Part shown: positions 61,286 through 64,000 of the stretch, in pieces
Position numbering within the stretch: position 1 is the stretch's first letter
Layout: every line of letters starts with the position of its first letter
Origin: Chara braunii
Lineage: Eukaryota; Plantae; Charophyceae
Direction of reading: 5' to 3'
DNA: 64,000 bases
NCBI GenBank assembly: GCA_003427395.1
Contig: BFEA01000034.1
Coordinates: forward strand, 2,200,875 to 2,264,874
Notes under the pieces: model-generated
The model's database searches: none
Told to the model about the DNA's origin: nothing
What the model saw: only the letters and a program-made list of their open reading frames with translations
Translations under genes and position numbers: made by a program

Positions 61286-63059
61286 GTGATAACCTAGGCG
61301 TAAGAAAGTCTCAATCGATCCTAGTCCCTTCTTTCAAAGACAATCAGAAGTTACAAAAGACTCATGTCAACGTAAGCTGACTTATTTTATGAAATCGATA
61401 CAATCATGCATACCACTCGTTTGGGCTGTCACGACTTTCGCCTTGATGGAGGTGTGTTGCCAAGTTCTTTCATTCCACCCCATATTGACTGCTAGAAGAG
61501 AATGCAGACAAATCCCAACCTTCAAGTAGAGCTAGGATTCCATTGTTTTAGTGATGACTCCACTACCTTTCTAACTTTGGTGTGAATGCCATCTGCAAGT
61601 AGTTCGGCTACCACTTATACAAGTCAGCGACCAACTCGAACAGTCGGACGCTCGATGCCCCATCAAGGCCAAGGATTCCCTTTCAAATTTTGTTGGTTGC
61701 TTTGTCCTTCCAGGCAATAATTAGTCTTTCTGTTCCACAAATGATGAGGTGTCAACCTTCGACATAAAGACATTCAAAGCAATGCTCTAGTCATATTTTC
61801 TCATCTACTAGCCTGACCGCCCCAGACTTGCACTTCTTATGGTGCAAACCTACCCGCGAAGGTAGTGCCTATACGCACTCCGTCCGTAGCTAGTGAAAAC
61901 ACGAACTGAGCTTCTTGTGGCGCCAATTCCCCATTCGTCTGTGGCTCCTAAGACGACCACTAGAAGGGTAAACTATAACGGTTTTTTTTAACGTGAGTCG
62001 CCAAGAACTTAACACCTTTCGTGAATAACACACGTCCATCCCCTAGGAGGTGGTCTGGGATACCCCTCGTCCTCGCCCGAGCGAACCTCGGATCTCAGAA
62101 GTCGGCCTTGCTCCACCACGACAGCATGGTATCCCCCCACTTAAGCGGTCCACTCCGAGACGTTAACAGGGTCGGCCCCTAAGGCAACGAACCCCCGCCT
62201 CAGATGCCTCCTAGGGAAAGGAAATGCACTTATCACAGCAGACGGTCAGCCTTTTACCGCCTAACGTCAAGGGCGAACCTAGACGAAGAAGGAAATCACA
62301 GAGAAGAAAAACATTCAGATCGAAGGGCATAGACAAAGAGGGTCATTCGGGAAAGAACGGGTAACCTCAGGGAAAATCTATGTCCAGTTCACTTATTCTC
62401 CTTTGTGTGATCGCTTCGTTTCTCGTCGTCTACTGCCTTCCCATCCCTTCAGCATACATATAAGTGAGTGACAAAAAAAAAAACAGTCATCATCCCTTCG
62501 TTCCCGCTGACATGAACAAATCTCTCCCCCTTTTTTTTTTCTGTTTCAGGCACTCTTCGGCTTACCTGCCATCAGATCAAACAAACAAATTCAAAAACAA
62601 AACAATGCAAACCCATTCTCAAGTCAGCCTCCCATTCACACGCGCATGCACATATCTCCTCTACCTTTTCAATGAACGTTCAAAGAGTAGGGTCAAGCAA
62701 GTGTGGGTTCACATAGGTGTGAAGGGAACTGAGTCAGGCTGACTGACCTTGAGTGAAGTTGAACTGATGATAACAAATGGCTTACTTAAGAAAGCCGTAT
62801 AGATCACACTCCAAGTGAGAAGATCACCGCAATAAGTTGTCAGAAAAGTGATCCACACCACTCCCTCAAAGGGATCGTCCACTGACACGTAATCCCCTCA
62901 GTGTCTCAGCGTCGTCACCACTTGCGACTAGTACCACTATGCCACCACTATGTCGAGGCGTCACTGCCGCAATATCCGGACAACACAACGTCACCACCTC
63001 CTCAAAGTACACCCCCTCGACACTTTTCGAACTCTAGCCGCTGCGTTATGCAGACAACA

Positions 63060-63360
63060 CTTCCACACTACTGCAAAAAACCCCACAGCTGATGCCGGGA
63101 AATTTCAACAGCACTTCCGCGTCACCGCCAAAACGTACAGGCGCCGCCGCAAAATTTTGGCAGTGCTTCCGCGTCACCGCCAAAAAGTGCAGATGCCGCC
63201 GCAAAATTTCGGCAGCGCTTCCGCGTTACCGCCAAAAAGTGAAGCCGCCGCCGCAAAATTTCGGCAGTGCTTCCGCGTCACCGCCAAAGAGTACAGCTGC
63301 CGCCGTAAAATTTCGGAAGCGCTTCCATGTCACCGCCAAAAAGTATAGCTGCCGCCGCGC
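63060..63360. repeat. Minisatellite, ~52 bp unit, 5-6 copies
   Basis: GCCGCCGCAAAATTT(T/C)GGCAG(T/C)GCTTCCGCGTCACCGCCAAAAAGT(G/A)CAG repeated. Confidence 0.92.
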
Positions 63361-64000
63361 CAAGCGGACAACACCTCCCCTACACACTTCTCAAAAATGG
63401 ATGCCGCCACCGAAAAAGTGACGCAGCATCTCCCCTACACTCCTCCAAATGCAGCGGCAGCTATGACTGCCCTCACTCTCACGCTCCCTGCAGACCTCCA
63501 ACGCTTCTCTCTCTCTCCACCCCGCTGAGATGGCAGCTATGGCTGTGTTCCACAGCTATGGCCACCTCCAGCAGTCCTCCCCTCTCTCTTACGGACCTCC
63601 ACTCAGCTCCTTCTCACTCCACCAGCAGCCCCTTCTCACTCCACCAGCAGTTCCTCCTCCAACAGCCAGCATTCACCCAAGCGAACTGCTCGCAGCACCA
63701 ACCACAAATGAATGCTGGCTGACTCGCTGCTGGCTGTTTTATAGCTGGCTGGAGGTTGAGGGCAGCTGCTTTGCCCCCAGCCAAGACTCGGAGTGAGGCC
63801 TGACCCTTGATCTCAGACGAGATCAAGGGCTGAGAAACTTGATGTTCCCCTCAAGGAACCAAGTTCCAGGCCTTGGTAATGCATCTGGCCGCTACCCCCG
63901 GCCAGACGCAGCCCTAAATGGCCGTATAGAGCCAAGTAAAGCAGACTGTTGAAATCCAATAGTCTGCTGTCAACTTAGGGCCCAGAAGCTTCTACCTCCT

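Noticed and set aside
61411-61420. CA followed by CTCGT as element B's far end and target-site duplication
   Set aside because: The preceding sequence is not homologous to the end of B's other LTR, and the following sequence does not resume A's LTR; a chance 7-mer.
62901-63722. Overlapping repetitive ORFs near the right end
   Set aside because: They arise from a 52 bp minisatellite (not a multiple of 3) that is open in several frames; no coding evidence.

Overview
This is eukaryotic, repeat-dense DNA, apparently from a plant or streptophyte alga. The retroelement proteins remind me of Chara-type Ty3/gypsy families, but I cannot verify that. I see no intact host gene. The window is a nest of related, decayed Ty3/gypsy LTR retrotransposons primed by tRNA-Asp (Athila-like primer-binding site, PBS, TGGCGCCGTTGCCGGGGA). 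Element A lies on the minus strand (internal region ~5.9-18.7 kb). Element B, also minus strand, inserted 290 bp inside A's 5' LTR at 18980. B has a ~12-13 kb internal region (~33-45.5 kb) flanked by two ~13 kb direct repeats (18980-32220 and 45496-58631). These start exactly at the LTR terminus, next to the PBS in the right copy, so they appear to be giant LTRs. A and B share a complex gene order: ORF0 (basic/acidic N-terminus, hydrophobic C-terminus), two tandem paralogous unknown ORFs, gag-PR-RT-RH-INT, and a second gag-like ORF in the env position. Most of these ORFs are preceded by a splice-acceptor-like site. A well-formed type III hammerhead ribozyme (36011-36068) sits in a small retrozyme-like insertion in B. 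The window also holds an oppositely oriented LTR end/PBS/leader of a third element (C, left end) and a fourth LTR end (D, 60860). Other features are a conserved antisense ORF in the LTR-associated region, hairpin tandem arrays, a probable captured LRR gene fragment and microsatellites.
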